Of a stretch of 64,000 bases of DNA, positions 29,886-40,452 are shown piece after piece. The stretch is from an uncultured cyanobacterium (GTDB lineage: Bacteria; Cyanobacteriota; Cyanobacteriia; Cyanobacteriales; Cyanobacteriaceae): assembly GCA_963749915.1 (NCBI GenBank), contig CAVVOP010000009.1, forward strand, positions 27,347 to 91,346, read 5' to 3'. The notes beneath the pieces are model-generated. The model saw only the letters and a program-made list of their open reading frames with translations. It was not told the DNA's origin and made no database searches. Both the position numbers and the translations under genes were made by a program. Position 1 is the stretch's first letter; every line of letters starts with the position of its first letter.

Positions 29886-32444
29886 CTATTCAGAAACTTT
29901 ATTGTTTCTCTGGGCTTGTTTTAGTTTCTCTATATCTTGAGGGCTTAATTGAGGACGATCGATCGTCAAAGTCAACTTATCGAGCTTACCGTTAAATTGA
30001 AAAGGCACTTGATAATCAGCATCATCAACAGGTGTACCCGTATCTGCACCCACATCAAAGTTTTCATCCCACTGCAAAATAAGGGGGACTGTCTGCTCCA
30101 TCGTTTGAGTGGCAACGTTTTGACCATCGACCTTAAGGATTCCTGTGCCACTTCGACCAATCCCGCTCATGCTATTAAAAGCGAGTGTTTCTGCGCCCAG
30201 TCCATCATACTTAAAATCAAATTCAAGGGTATGTTTACCTGGAGAGAGAGCTTCTGTCCCTTCCCAGCGAGGACGCTTAAGATCGACTAAGTTCCAGAGA
30301 AATACAGGTTTTCCTTTGAGTAAATAGAAGCCATAACCGCCAAAACGACCACCTTGGGTGACAATCATGCCATCGCCGCCACCCGTTGGAACTTCTACCT
30401 CGGCTTTGAAATTGTAGGAACTGTTGAGAATACTGGGTGCATCCCCATTGGGTGTTCCCGTAATCTCACCCGAATAGGTAAAGACATTACGACCAGCACT
30501 GAGGCTAGGTCGTGGAGCAACGAGACGGGTTGCGACAGTATTATCTAAGGGAAGCACTTGATATTTTTCGGCTTCTTTCCAAAAAAGTGCCTGTAATTCC
30601 TTCAGTTTTTCGGGATTTTTGTCGGCAACATCCTCAAATTGTGTCCAGTCGTTCGTTAAATCATAGAGTTCCCAAGGATAATCAGAGGGTTGTTTATCGA
30701 CTATTTTCACAATTTCCCAAGGTGGACGCATGACTTTAGTACTCGCAATCCAGCCCTCATGATAGAGTGCGTGATCCCCCATCATCTCGAAATATTGCGT
30801 TTTATGAGGTGAAGGTGCATTGGCATTTTTTGGATCAAAAGTATAGGCTAAACTGACCCCTTCAATCGGTTTTTGAGGAATACCATCTACGATTTCTGGT
30901 GCAGGGATACCTGTTACGTCAAGAATTGTCGGCACGATGTCAATAACATGGTGGAACTGATTGCGAATGCCACCTTTATCTTTGATCATCTCTGGCCAAG
31001 AAATAGCCATGCCCTGTCGCACACCACCAAAATGGGAAGCCACCTGTTTTGTCCAAGAGAAGGGAGTATCAAACGCCCAAGACCAATCGACGGACATATG
31101 GGGATAAGTTTGATCTGACCCCCAAACATCGTAAAAGTTCTTGAGTTGGTCTTCAACAGGCACATTGACACCGTTAAAGGAAGCTACTTCATTGGGTGTT
31201 CCAATTAGGGTTCCTTCGGCACTCGTTCCATTGTCTCCGTTGATATAGATGATGAGCGTATTATCCAACTTACCCATATCTTCAACGGTCTGAATCACCC
31301 GTCCAATTTCGTGGTCGGTATAAGCGACATAAGCAGCGAAAACTTCCGCTTGATGGATAAACATTTTCTTGTCGTCTGCTGATAAGGTATCCCATTGTTT
31401 AAGCAGATCATCTGGCCAAGGGGTTAACTTTGCATTTTGGGGAATGACACCAAGTTTTTTCTGATTTTCAAAGATGGTTTGCCGTAATTCGTTCCATCCT
31501 TTGTCAAACAGGTGCATGTTGTGGATTTTCTCAATCCATTCGGGGGTCGGATGATGGGGAGCATGGGTACCGCCAGGGACGTAATAAACGAAGAATGGTT
31601 GATCGGGGGCGACGGCGTTAACCCGATTCATGTATTGAATCGCATCATCCGCTTGGGCAGTCGTTAGATTCCACTTGGATTTACCTACATAGGGATAGAT
31701 CGGGCTAGTATTGCGAAAGAGATTCGGTTGCCATTGGCTGGTATCCCCTCCAACAAAGCCATAAAAGTAATCAAATCCCATACCCGTTGGCCACTGATCG
31801 AAGGGGCCAGCTTGACTAGCTTGAAAGTCTGGGGTGTTGTGATCTTTGCCAAACCAAGAAGTCGAGTAACCGTTATCTTTAAGAATTTTGCCAATGGTGG
31901 CTTTTTCACGGGGAATAATCGAGTTATAGCCAGGATAGCCCGTTGATTGTTCAGAAATTACTCCAAATCCGACAGAGTGATGATTACGTCCTGTAATCAG
32001 TGCGGCCCGTGTTGGGGAACACAAAGCCGTTGAGTTAAAGTTGGTGTAACGTAAACCGTTTTGGGCAATGCGATCGAGAGCAGGAGTGGGAATGACCCCC
32101 CCAAAGGTATTGGGAACACCAAAACCGGAATCATCGGTCATGATCAGCAAGACATTCGGTGAGCCCTTGGGGGGAACAACACGAGACGGCCAGAAAGGTT
32201 TGGAGTCTTTAACGTTGCGATTGATGACTCCCCCAAATTTAGTTGAGGGCGGGGGCAATTGTTCCCCACTAATGGTCATGGTTGAGCTGGGAGAACCTGG
32301 TACGCCGTTGATTTGTTGGGCGATCACCGGAGCAAAAAATATTCCTGAACCTATTACCATGAGGAAAACCAGTATTCCTGCGGATATAAGCTTAAAATTC
32401 CCCGATAATAAGCGGTTAAGCAAAGATTTGAAACGTGTAAGCAT
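29886..32444 (-). CDS. Arylsulfatase (Cys-type) with C-terminal extension
   Basis: PNVLLIMTDD, CSPTRAALITGR, FGKDH, GDNG. Confidence 0.92.
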   Translation of the reverse strand: MLTRFKSLLNRLLSGNFKLISAGILVFLMVIGSGIFFAPVIAQQINGVPGSPSSTMTISGEQLPPPSTKFGGVINRNVKDSKPFWPSRVVPPKGSPNVLLIMTDDSGFGVPNTFGGVIPTPALDRIAQNGLRYTNFNSTALCSPTRAALITGRNHHSVGFGVISEQSTGYPGYNSIIPREKATIGKILKDNGYSTSWFGKDHNTPDFQASQAGPFDQWPTGMGFDYFYGFVGGDTSQWQPNLFRNTSPIYPYVGKSKWNLTTAQADDAIQYMNRVNAVAPDQPFFVYYVPGGTHAPHHPTPEWIEKIHNMHLFDKGWNELRQTIFENQKKLGVIPQNAKLTPWPDDLLKQWDTLSADDKKMFIHQAEVFAAYVAYTDHEIGRVIQTVEDMGKLDNTLIIYINGDNGTSAEGTLIGTPNEVASFNGVNVPVEDQLKNFYDVWGSDQTYPHMSVDWSWAFDTPFSWTKQVASHFGGVRQGMAISWPEMIKDKGGIRNQFHHVIDIVPTILDVTGIPAPEIVDGIPQKPIEGVSLAYTFDPKNANAPSPHKTQYFEMMGDHALYHEGWIASTKVMRPPWEIVKIVDKQPSDYPWELYDLTNDWTQFEDVADKNPEKLKELQALFWKEAEKYQVLPLDNTVATRLVAPRPSLSAGRNVFTYSGEITGTPNGDAPSILNSSYNFKAEVEVPTGGGDGMIVTQGGRFGGYGFYLLKGKPVFLWNLVDLKRPRWEGTEALSPGKHTLEFDFKYDGLGAETLAFNSMSGIGRSGTGILKVDGQNVATQTMEQTVPLILQWDENFDVGADTGTPVDDADYQVPFQFNGKLDKLTLTIDRPQLSPQDIEKLKQAQRNNKVSE

Positions 32445-32460
32445 TATTTTGATAAGTTGT

Positions 32461-32931
32461 TTAATTCCAAAATGGGTTAGTTCGATCGACAGTACAAGCC
32501 ATACTTTGATTTTCAAAGGTATTAATCCAATTTTTCATTAGTGATTTACCTTCATTGCCTTTTATCCAAGTAACAGTAATCAGGTTAATGGTATTTTCAT
32601 CGGATTCACAGGAAAACTGGACGGCGTTGTCAGGAATATTGACTAATTGTTCTTGACATTGCCATTGATTAGTCTCCATCTCCATGATTTCTTGCCAATT
32701 TGTCACCATTTTTACTTCTACTAAAATCTGTTGATTTTCTTGGTTACAAGACCAAGTTTTCATTTGATCTGTATTATTGGGTAAATCATCCACATCTGCT
32801 GGAATTATGGTGGGAATCTGTGAGGGTGTTTGAGCTTTCAGGGGATTTAAGATTAAATCACCCCATACAACGCCTAATAACATAGCAATTCCTAAATGAC
32901 GCTTAGAGATCGTAAATACTTTTAAATTCAT
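32461..32931 (-). CDS. Secreted hypothetical protein with four Cys
   Basis: Signal-like N-terminus; 156 aa. Confidence 0.65.
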   Translation of the reverse strand: MNLKVFTISKRHLGIAMLLGVVWGDLILNPLKAQTPSQIPTIIPADVDDLPNNTDQMKTWSCNQENQQILVEVKMVTNWQEIMEMETNQWQCQEQLVNIPDNAVQFSCESDENTINLITVTWIKGNEGKSLMKNWINTFENQSMACTVDRTNPFWN

Positions 32932-32950
32932 GATGTAAATATTTTTTGAA

Positions 32951-33514
32951 CTAAAACAATCTATAAAAGCTAAATCTTCCTACTCCCATAGGTAAACCAG
33001 TGGCATTATTTCCCGCAGGAAAAGTGGTTACGCTATACAGATAAGTGTCATCATCTGGGGGATTTCGGAAGGCTTCAAGACGAATACTGAAAGTTGTTCC
33101 GGGAGGTACTGGGGGATCAAAAACCACCGTGACTGCCTGAGTTTGGGGATCTTGAGTAGTTTGGATAGTAAGGGGTTTACCTACATTTCCTTGAGTACCG
33201 ATAAAAGCATAAGTACTCGATACATTGATCGGAATGACATTAACGTTTTGTTGTTGTTGAATAGTTATTTTTCCTAAAGATTCGATCGAATTATTAGGTA
33301 GGTGAAAGGTGAAATAATAATGAGCATTAGGCCAGTTGATGATAGAGTCAGGAGTTTGCGCACCTACAAAAATGGGAGGTTGCCCAGTGAAAAAATTAGG
33401 ATTATCAATCTGTTGGGCATAAGTAGATGGATTTAACAAAATACCACTTGTACTTAATAAAAAAGGTGAAATCAGTTTAACTATTTTCATAGATTTGATC
33501 TTTTTAATCATCAA
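32951..33514 (-). CDS. DUF2808-like secreted protein
   Basis: YYFTFHLP...LGKITI...VFDPPVPPG...YLYSVTTFPAG...GVGRFSFY. Confidence 0.8.
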   Translation of the reverse strand: MMIKKIKSMKIVKLISPFLLSTSGILLNPSTYAQQIDNPNFFTGQPPIFVGAQTPDSIINWPNAHYYFTFHLPNNSIESLGKITIQQQQNVNVIPINVSSTYAFIGTQGNVGKPLTIQTTQDPQTQAVTVVFDPPVPPGTTFSIRLEAFRNPPDDDTYLYSVTTFPAGNNATGLPMGVGRFSFYRLF

Positions 33515-33519
33515 TGACC

Positions 33520-34029
33520 TTATGTTAGTTCAGAATTTTTTTTAGCGAAAAATAATTTACTCAAGTTTCCTTTACCTAAATAATTATCAATTTCTTTGAA
33601 AATATTGTGAATCAAAAAAATCACGGAAACACATAAAGTTACTGCTAAAAAATGAGAAAAATGACGGGTTTCTAAAAATAGCTCGATCGCCCCGACCATG
33701 GCTTTAGTTTCCTTATAAGCATGGAAAAGATTTTCAATCATCGAAATAACTAAAACAGCAAAAGTATAAAGAAAAGTCTTATATAAAACTTCGATATAAC
33801 GGGGTGATTGAGCATAACGATTTAAGAGCGGAGTCATGTCCATAATTGCCACTGCTTTAGCCGCCACTAATGAACTAATGATCGCCTTAGAAAAAACATA
33901 AGTATTAATCTCATATTGATCTAATAAAAGTTTCATCAGTAGCAAAATAAAACCAAATCCTATTAAAAAAAATAAGGATAGTGAGCCAATTTTTTTGAGT
34001 TCTTCTTTAAGTTTTTCCATTATTAGCAA
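33520..34029 (-). CDS. Four-TM membrane protein (paralog of 37451)
   Basis: AAKAVAIMD, YKTFLYT, ENLFH shared motifs. Confidence 0.75.
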   Translation of the reverse strand: MLIMEKLKEELKKIGSLSLFFLIGFGFILLLMKLLLDQYEINTYVFSKAIISSLVAAKAVAIMDMTPLLNRYAQSPRYIEVLYKTFLYTFAVLVISMIENLFHAYKETKAMVGAIELFLETRHFSHFLAVTLCVSVIFLIHNIFKEIDNYLGKGNLSKLFFAKKNSELT

Positions 34030-34066
34030 TAGTTCTTTTTGTATTTATCAGTAATCTCATATATTC

Positions 34067-34687
34067 CTATCTTAATGGGCCACCATAACCTCCGTAAACA
34101 CCAACTCCACGAGTCCCAACTCCTACCCCATGAAAACCGGGACCAACTCCTCCACCCGCACCAATCCAGTCAATAAATAAGGCACTTTGACCACCAGATG
34201 TTGGCATTTTACCTTCGATGACTTTGTAATTGTAAACTAAATCTTTACCATCGATAACAGGATTACTAATTTCGATCACCACCAGACTATTTTGAGGTTG
34301 CCCTTTTTCATAAACCGAAAGAGTAGCATTGGGCGGATCACTCTTGAAATTGTCTGAACCAGCACTAGCAGTCCATTCTTTCATATATTCAGGAGTAGTA
34401 ACATGACCTGCTAAACGAACAGGTCGATCGGCAAAATAGAGAGTTTGGGGATTGACGTTAACTAGGCGAATAGTTTTGTTATCGGTTTTTATGTCATCGG
34501 CTGTTTGAACAAACATTAACTGTACTTTCTGATCTTCTGTTTTTTGTTCTTGAGCTTTGACGGTGTAAAATGTAGCCGTGACGGAAATAACAGATACGGC
34601 TAAAGCTGAAATAGCGAAAAATTTGCGTATTTTTATCATGGAATTACTCTTAAATTTATTGATAAAGTTTTTTAAACTAAGTTGCAT
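34067..34687 (-). CDS. Secreted hypothetical protein with Gly-rich tail
   Basis: LMFVQTA, YFADRPVRLAGH, PPNATLS, ALFID. Confidence 0.75.
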   Translation of the reverse strand: MQLSLKNFINKFKSNSMIKIRKFFAISALAVSVISVTATFYTVKAQEQKTEDQKVQLMFVQTADDIKTDNKTIRLVNVNPQTLYFADRPVRLAGHVTTPEYMKEWTASAGSDNFKSDPPNATLSVYEKGQPQNSLVVIEISNPVIDGKDLVYNYKVIEGKMPTSGGQSALFIDWIGAGGGVGPGFHGVGVGTRGVGVYGGYGGPLR

Positions 34688-34950
34688 ATATTTTTGCTAA
34701 AAATTAACTCACTTTAGTAGAGTTGAGCTGTTAGCAATGAAATTTATTTCATTGTGGGATATGGGTTGTGATTCATAAATCGCTTTGCCATAAATTGACA
34801 AAGCGTCGGGCAAAAGTCTGCTAAAGGTACGGGCATAATATATTATGCCCCTACAAAAATGCAATTTTAGTTGTACTTTGAAACAGTCCTGCCCTTATGC
34901 GCCCTCTTCTTATCCTCCCTCATTTACAATCTCAATGGGTTTCAGCTTAT

Positions 34951-35916
34951 CTATGATGCCGATGTGACTAAACGAAATCCGATATGAGATGTACCCGTAT
35001 CAGCAGATTCTGCTTCCCTAGCCGAAGGGCGAAAACGACTGCAATAGTTACGAGCGCATAGATAAGAACCGCCTTTAATAACGTGTTTAATGACATTAGG
35101 ATCACGAGGATCAAAACTTTCTTTTTCGTCACTGACAATAGGATTTAGTTGCTGAGATTTACTGTCATGACCATAATGATAATAGTCTTGAGTCCATTCC
35201 CACACATTCCCCGTCATATCATATAAACCATAACCATTGGGCGGAAAAGAGCCTACTGGTGCAGTACCAAAATAACCATCGACTTGGGTATTTTTCACAG
35301 GAAATTCTCCCTGCCATGTGTTCGCTTTTTTGGGATTATAAGTATTACCCCACGCAAAAATTTTGTCCTTTAAGCCTCCCCTTGCGGCAAATTCCCATTG
35401 GGCTTCTGTTGGTAAAGATTTTCCTGCCCATTGAGCATAGGCGATCGCATCATCATAGGCAACATGGACAACGGGATGATTTTCTTTCCCTTCAATAGTG
35501 CTATTTTTTCCTTGAGGATGTCGCCAATTTGCCCCTTGTACCCAATGCCACCAACTTAATTCACTGAAAGATTGTCCTTCAGGAATAGGTTGAAATACCA
35601 CAGAACCAGGCGATCGATCTTCTTCTGTTAATTCAGGGAATTGTGCCACAGATAAAGGGCGTTCGGCGATAGTAATATAACCTGTATCCTCGACAAACTT
35701 GGCAAATTGTTGATTAGTCACTTCGTGAGTATCTATACAAAAATCTTTCACGGTAACGGATTGAGCTGGTTTTTCTTCGGGAAATTCGTTATTTGCACCA
35801 ATGGTAAAACTACCGCCCTTAATTTCTGTCATACCAGTTGAACAAGCCAAAACTGAGGGAATAAAGACGAAAAAAAGAACAGAGACTATTGCTAATATAA
35901 AAAGCACATTTTTCAT
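34951..35916 (-). CDS. Formylglycine-generating enzyme (SUMF1 family) with signal peptide
   Basis: LPTEAQWEFAARG, GLYDMTGNVWEW, KGGSYLCARNYCSRFRPSAR, IGFR. Confidence 0.9.
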   Translation of the reverse strand: MKNVLFILAIVSVLFFVFIPSVLACSTGMTEIKGGSFTIGANNEFPEEKPAQSVTVKDFCIDTHEVTNQQFAKFVEDTGYITIAERPLSVAQFPELTEEDRSPGSVVFQPIPEGQSFSELSWWHWVQGANWRHPQGKNSTIEGKENHPVVHVAYDDAIAYAQWAGKSLPTEAQWEFAARGGLKDKIFAWGNTYNPKKANTWQGEFPVKNTQVDGYFGTAPVGSFPPNGYGLYDMTGNVWEWTQDYYHYGHDSKSQQLNPIVSDEKESFDPRDPNVIKHVIKGGSYLCARNYCSRFRPSAREAESADTGTSHIGFRLVTSAS

Positions 35917-36103
35917 CTTCAGAAGATAAGCCCGATCATCGATTTTGATTAAAGAAATTAAAGTAGCACTCCGCTATCAGCAATCAGTGAGCTTTTCAAG
36001 GTGTGTAATGGGGGATTTAAACCCTCGAATTTTTAGCTGACAGCTAAATGCTGAAAGCTGATAGCTAGTTAACTTTCATTCATATTTATTTAGGAATGAG
36101 AAA

Positions 36104-36148
36104 AGTATAAATATTTGTAGAAAACTTTTTCTTGCCATTTCGTGCCAA
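36104..36148 (-). promoter_or_regulatory. Operator plus -10 box (site 1)
   Basis: TTGGCACGAAATGGCAAG-N21-TATACT on the minus strand. Confidence 0.7.
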
Positions 36149-36231
36149 TCTATAATTAAAAGATCCGTAAATACTCTGAAATTGTTTTCTGCTTTAACTT
36201 GCCAATGATTGTTAATTTTTGTTAATTATTT

Positions 36232-37287
36232 ATGACTAATTATGTTCCTCTTTTACGAGTTTCCGCTTTAATTCCTTTTGTCGATTTTTTGCAAGAATTA
36301 GGCACTCCCACAGAAAAACTATTAAGACAATATAAATTACCTATTTTTGCTCTCGATGAACCAAATTTCTTAATCTCTCGCCATCAAGTCTTTGATTTTT
36401 TGAAGAAAACAGCATATCAAGAAGGAATAGAAAACTTAGGGATTTTAGTAGGAGAAAAAACTCCAGTGGAATCTTTGGGCATCTTAGGTAAATTAGCTTG
36501 TCAATCTCTCACTTTATATGATGCCATTTTTAAAGCTATTCATTTGGGAAATTTGTTTAATTCAGGAGAACATTTCTGGTTATTGGAACAGGGTGAAACC
36601 GCTTATTTTTGTCAAGAATTTACTAACTTAGAAAGTTTTGATTCTCATCATCCCAGTCATTTTTCTTTACTGTTAATGATGGATTTAATTCGTAAAGTAG
36701 CTGGAAAAACATGGTATCCAAAACAAATTACTCTACAAACTCCATTCAGTAACTTTACAGATCATTATTTGCAAGAAGTTTTTATCAATAAAGATGTGAC
36801 GATAACTTCCATCGCTTTTCCTCGATCATTTTTAGCCTTACCTTTTCCTTCGGAGTTTAATTTATGTGAAGATCAAAAACATAAAGAGTATGAAAAACTA
36901 CATCAATCTGTCCCTTCTACTGAATTTATTAACTCTTTAACACAGGCAATCAAATCTCAATTAAGAGAAGGTTGTCCATCTATTAATTTAGCCTCAGAAA
37001 TTACAAAAATGTCTATTCGTAGTTTACAAAGAAGATTAGGGGAGGATGGCTTAACTTATTCTCAATTAATCACTCGTATTCGTTATGAAAAAGCGGTTTA
37101 TTTACTGCAAAATTCTCCTTTAAAAATGATTGACATTGCCTATGAATTAGGTTACAAAGATCCATCTCATTTTACCCGTGCTTTTAAACGTTGGACGGGA
37201 ATAAGTCCTTATGATTTTCGTTGCCATAAACTTAACAAAATATTAGTTAACACATTTTATTTACAACCTAACACTGAAGCAGTGTAA
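36232..37287 (+). CDS. AraC-family regulator (OruR/VirS-like)
   Basis: MSIRSLQRRL...IDIAYELGYKDPSHFTRAFKRWTGISP. Confidence 0.92.
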   Translation: MTNYVPLLRVSALIPFVDFLQELGTPTEKLLRQYKLPIFALDEPNFLISRHQVFDFLKKTAYQEGIENLGILVGEKTPVESLGILGKLACQSLTLYDAIFKAIHLGNLFNSGEHFWLLEQGETAYFCQEFTNLESFDSHHPSHFSLLLMMDLIRKVAGKTWYPKQITLQTPFSNFTDHYLQEVFINKDVTITSIAFPRSFLALPFPSEFNLCEDQKHKEYEKLHQSVPSTEFINSLTQAIKSQLREGCPSINLASEITKMSIRSLQRRLGEDGLTYSQLITRIRYEKAVYLLQNSPLKMIDIAYELGYKDPSHFTRAFKRWTGISPYDFRCHKLNKILVNTFYLQPNTEAV

Positions 37288-37451
37288 GTTTTGCCGATGG
37301 ATTCTAAACCGTCAACAAATAAATTCACTTGATAAGGTTCATCTTCAGGGCGTGGCTCTGCTACTATTTTTAAAGCTTTATCTGGTTGAAATTCTACTTT
37401 TTGATTATTAAAAAATTCTCCTGCGGTTTGGTCACTATATTTAAGATACAT
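37257..37451 (-). pseudogene. Probable C-terminal fragment of a hypothetical protein
   Basis: 64-aa ORF overlapping the AraC 3' end. Confidence 0.4.
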
Positions 37452-37972
37452 TAATTTACAGATTTATCAAGCGGTGTAATTTCGGGCTTGAAAAATAATT
37501 TACTTAAGTTTCCTTTTCCTAAATAACTATCAATTTCTTGGAAAATACTGTGAATCAAAAAAACAATTGAGATACATAAAGTTATGGCTAAAAAGCGATA
37601 AAAATTATGCTCTTCCAAAAATAACTTAATTGCTTCTGAAATAACTTTAGTTTTCTTATAAGCATGAAACAAATTTTCTATAAGAACAATAACGAAAACT
37701 GCAAAAGTATAAAGAAATGTTTTGTATAAAACTTGGATATAACGAGCCGATCGTGCATAACGATTAAAGAAAGGAGTCACATCCATAATTGCTACTGCTT
37801 TAGCCGCAACTAAAGCACTAATAACCGCTTTAGAAAAGACATAAATATCAATATCATACTCCTCTAAAAGCAACTTGATTATTATAAGAATATAACCGAA
37901 TCCAATCAGAAAAAATAGAGCCAGAGAAGCAAGTTTTTTGATTTCATTTTTTAGTTTTTCTATCATTAGCAA
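37451..37972 (-). CDS. Four-TM membrane protein (paralog of 33520)
   Basis: Clearly alignable with 33520..34029. Confidence 0.75.
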   Translation of the reverse strand: MLMIEKLKNEIKKLASLALFFLIGFGYILIIIKLLLEEYDIDIYVFSKAVISALVAAKAVAIMDVTPFFNRYARSARYIQVLYKTFLYTFAVFVIVLIENLFHAYKKTKVISEAIKLFLEEHNFYRFLAITLCISIVFLIHSIFQEIDSYLGKGNLSKLFFKPEITPLDKSVN

Positions 37973-38243
37973 TAATTCTTTTTTGTATTCATCATGGTTT
38001 AGTTTTTGTGTTAGAACACTATGGTAAATTTAGTTTATATAATTTGTTTCTCAAATATTGAAAATCTCACTATTCTTAATATTTTGATAAAATCTACATA
38101 ATCAAATTATCCGAAATTTGCAACTTTTAACCCTTGACAAAATTTAGAAAATATGTGTGACATCCTCTCGGCACACTATTTTTTATTGTATTCCCCCCCT
38201 TATTAAGAGGAATCACAAATGTTTTAATAAAAGGAGAATTTTT

Positions 38244-38681
38244 CTAAAATTTCAAGGATTTAATTAACACCCCAATAAAACTAAGTAAGCCAATGATAAG
38301 TAAAGCCACTGCTACAATTTCCGCACTCTCAGAGTTTTCGTAAGTATAGCGATCGCTTTCAATTTGTTTAAGAATTTTACGATGTTCTTTCAATCCTAAC
38401 ACCATGCCAAACATTCCTGTACCGATAAAACAAAGTCCGACAATGACAGAAAATCTGATCGGGTTTAAATGACCAGCAGTATCAATTTTCTCTATCGCCG
38501 TAGTAATGGTAGGAATACCGAAGCCAAAACCGATTAAAGATAAAGAAGTCCGTATCCAAGCCATCAAAGTACGATCGGCGGCGGCACGACTACGATATTT
38601 TGCTAATTCTGTACGATCAGATGCTAAGTCATTATTAGAAAGTTGTTTAGGGGTTTCTGAGTCTTGGGGAGGTTGATTCAT
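38244..38681 (-). CDS. DUF202/YidH-family membrane protein
   Basis: AADRTLMAWIRTSLSLIGFGF. Confidence 0.85.
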   Translation of the reverse strand: MNQPPQDSETPKQLSNNDLASDRTELAKYRSRAAADRTLMAWIRTSLSLIGFGFGIPTITTAIEKIDTAGHLNPIRFSVIVGLCFIGTGMFGMVLGLKEHRKILKQIESDRYTYENSESAEIVAVALLIIGLLSFIGVLIKSLKF

Positions 38682-38713
38682 AATTACTTAGACTAGACAA
38701 AATTAATTGTGAT

Positions 38714-40060
38714 CTAATGTACTTGTTTCATGGCAGGAGGATTCCAAATCCCATTAAGAGCTGATGATTTAGGTGCATATAAACGCATTGTTACCCCCAG
38801 TACACCCTCAGCAGGAGAAGGCAACCAATTAGATTCTTTATCCTCTTCGGGGGAATCCTTTTGAATGTAGATATCAAGTGAACCATCTAAGTTATATTTT
38901 AGAGCATCTCTATCCCCAATCGCAAAACGATCGAGCTTATTAGCTACTTGAAAACCCTCAGCATCATACATTGTAATGGACCAAAAAGCCTCCACGGGAG
39001 GAAGTTCATTTTTATCAAAATGTAAAACATATTTATTTTGACCTTCCATAGGCTTACCGTTAGCATCAAAAACATTCAGGGGATAAATGGCATCTTCGGG
39101 TTGATTTGCCCCTAATCCCACCATAGCCACGATTGCCCGTTTTAGATAGTAATTGCCGTAAACTCCCATAGTATCGGTGTTCATTTGCCAACCATTTTCG
39201 ATTCGTGCTAAAGTTGGTAATTTCTCCATCATGATTTTCAGTCCATCTACCACTGCTTTTTCTAAACCAGCTTGTATGGCAACAGGTGCATTATTAAAGT
39301 CAAAACTCTTACCCTGCTCAATACCTATACGTTGCAGACGAGCAATACTTGACCAATCAGTAACTTGAGGGTGATTAATTTTTATCAATTCTGCACCGTA
39401 AGTGAAGTATTGACCTGCGGACATACTATTAATCTGTTTTAGGGGATCTGTTTTCATATCAACAGTAGGATCAATAACGGCTTCGACAGGTTCAACGGTT
39501 TTGCCCCACTGAGAAAAAGGAACAATTTTAAAACCATCTTGAATTTCATTTACCGCAGGATAATCTGCCACTCCGTTAGTTTGAATACGCCCCAAAATCC
39601 AAATATGAGGAGTAGGAGATTCGATCTTTTCGATCGCTTCTGGTAATTCTCCTGTCCATCCTTGAGGTACGATCATATATTGTTGAGCTTCTGTGCCAGT
39701 GGTACGTTTACCCGGTACGGCAAAAACATTTGACCACATATCCAACATCGGTAATAGATAGTAACGCCCATTAGTATTAGGAGTTAACACAATCATAGGC
39801 TCTTTAGTTATATCAACCCAGGCAACGGTATAAAGAGTGTCAAAGTTAGGACGCACTACTGCTCGAAAATCAGCTGGGGGAAATTGTCGCAGATGATGAA
39901 ATGTGTTGACTGGACCGAATCCGGGTTTTTCTCCAGATTTATAATTAGTACATACCCGTCTAGTCAAGTCCATACTAATCAAGGGATAAAAGTAATGATA
40001 AGCCTCTATACCAATTTCGTAGGCTTCTTGTTCTGTAATATTATCGAGTGATAGATTCAT
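38714..40060 (-). CDS. DUF1254/DUF1214 protein
   Basis: VVRPNFDTLY, RYYLLPMLDMW, PPVEAFWSITMY, NWLP, MRLYAP; probable ATG at 40060. Confidence 0.88.
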   Translation of the reverse strand: MNLSLDNITEQEAYEIGIEAYHYFYPLISMDLTRRVCTNYKSGEKPGFGPVNTFHHLRQFPPADFRAVVRPNFDTLYTVAWVDITKEPMIVLTPNTNGRYYLLPMLDMWSNVFAVPGKRTTGTEAQQYMIVPQGWTGELPEAIEKIESPTPHIWILGRIQTNGVADYPAVNEIQDGFKIVPFSQWGKTVEPVEAVIDPTVDMKTDPLKQINSMSAGQYFTYGAELIKINHPQVTDWSSIARLQRIGIEQGKSFDFNNAPVAIQAGLEKAVVDGLKIMMEKLPTLARIENGWQMNTDTMGVYGNYYLKRAIVAMVGLGANQPEDAIYPLNVFDANGKPMEGQNKYVLHFDKNELPPVEAFWSITMYDAEGFQVANKLDRFAIGDRDALKYNLDGSLDIYIQKDSPEEDKESNWLPSPAEGVLGVTMRLYAPKSSALNGIWNPPAMKQVH

Positions 40061-40409
40061 AATTTTCTCCAAAAATTGACAATGTAGCGTTAGGGGGATT
40101 AGAAGCGAAATTATCTGAGCCTTCATCCCAATGACTGATAAATTCGGCGTTTTGTACATGACCCGAAATACGTTCTGGGCGATCGCTAAAAAAGATGGTT
40201 GAACCGACTCCATTAAGATTCAATCTTTTACCGTCATAACTACCTGTGACAGAATTTTGCACAAACAGTAGTTGTACAGGATCAGAAACTTCTTTGGTTT
40301 CAGGGGCTGGTTTTGCCTCGACAGATTTATTCATGATTAAATTACCTGTGGAAACAGTCAAGGTAAGCATACTAGCGGTAAATAAAGCACAGAGGGATTT
40401 TCTGTTCAT
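40041..40409 (-). pseudogene. 3'-truncated duplicate of 29105..29737
   Basis: Near-identical up to TLSIFGE, then joined directly to the DUF1254 start. Confidence 0.75.
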
Positions 40410-40452
40410 GATTTTTCCAATTTTAATTAAATAGGTTTTCGCTACGGTTATT

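Noticed and set aside
36131..36148. Sigma-54 promoter (TGGCACG...)
   Set aside because: GG-to-GC spacing is 9 rather than 10, a sigma-70 type -10 box follows, and cyanobacteria lack RpoN
38714..40213. 499-aa extended DUF1254 ORF
   Set aside because: The extension is an alternative frame of the truncated upstream duplicate; ATG at 40060 is preferred
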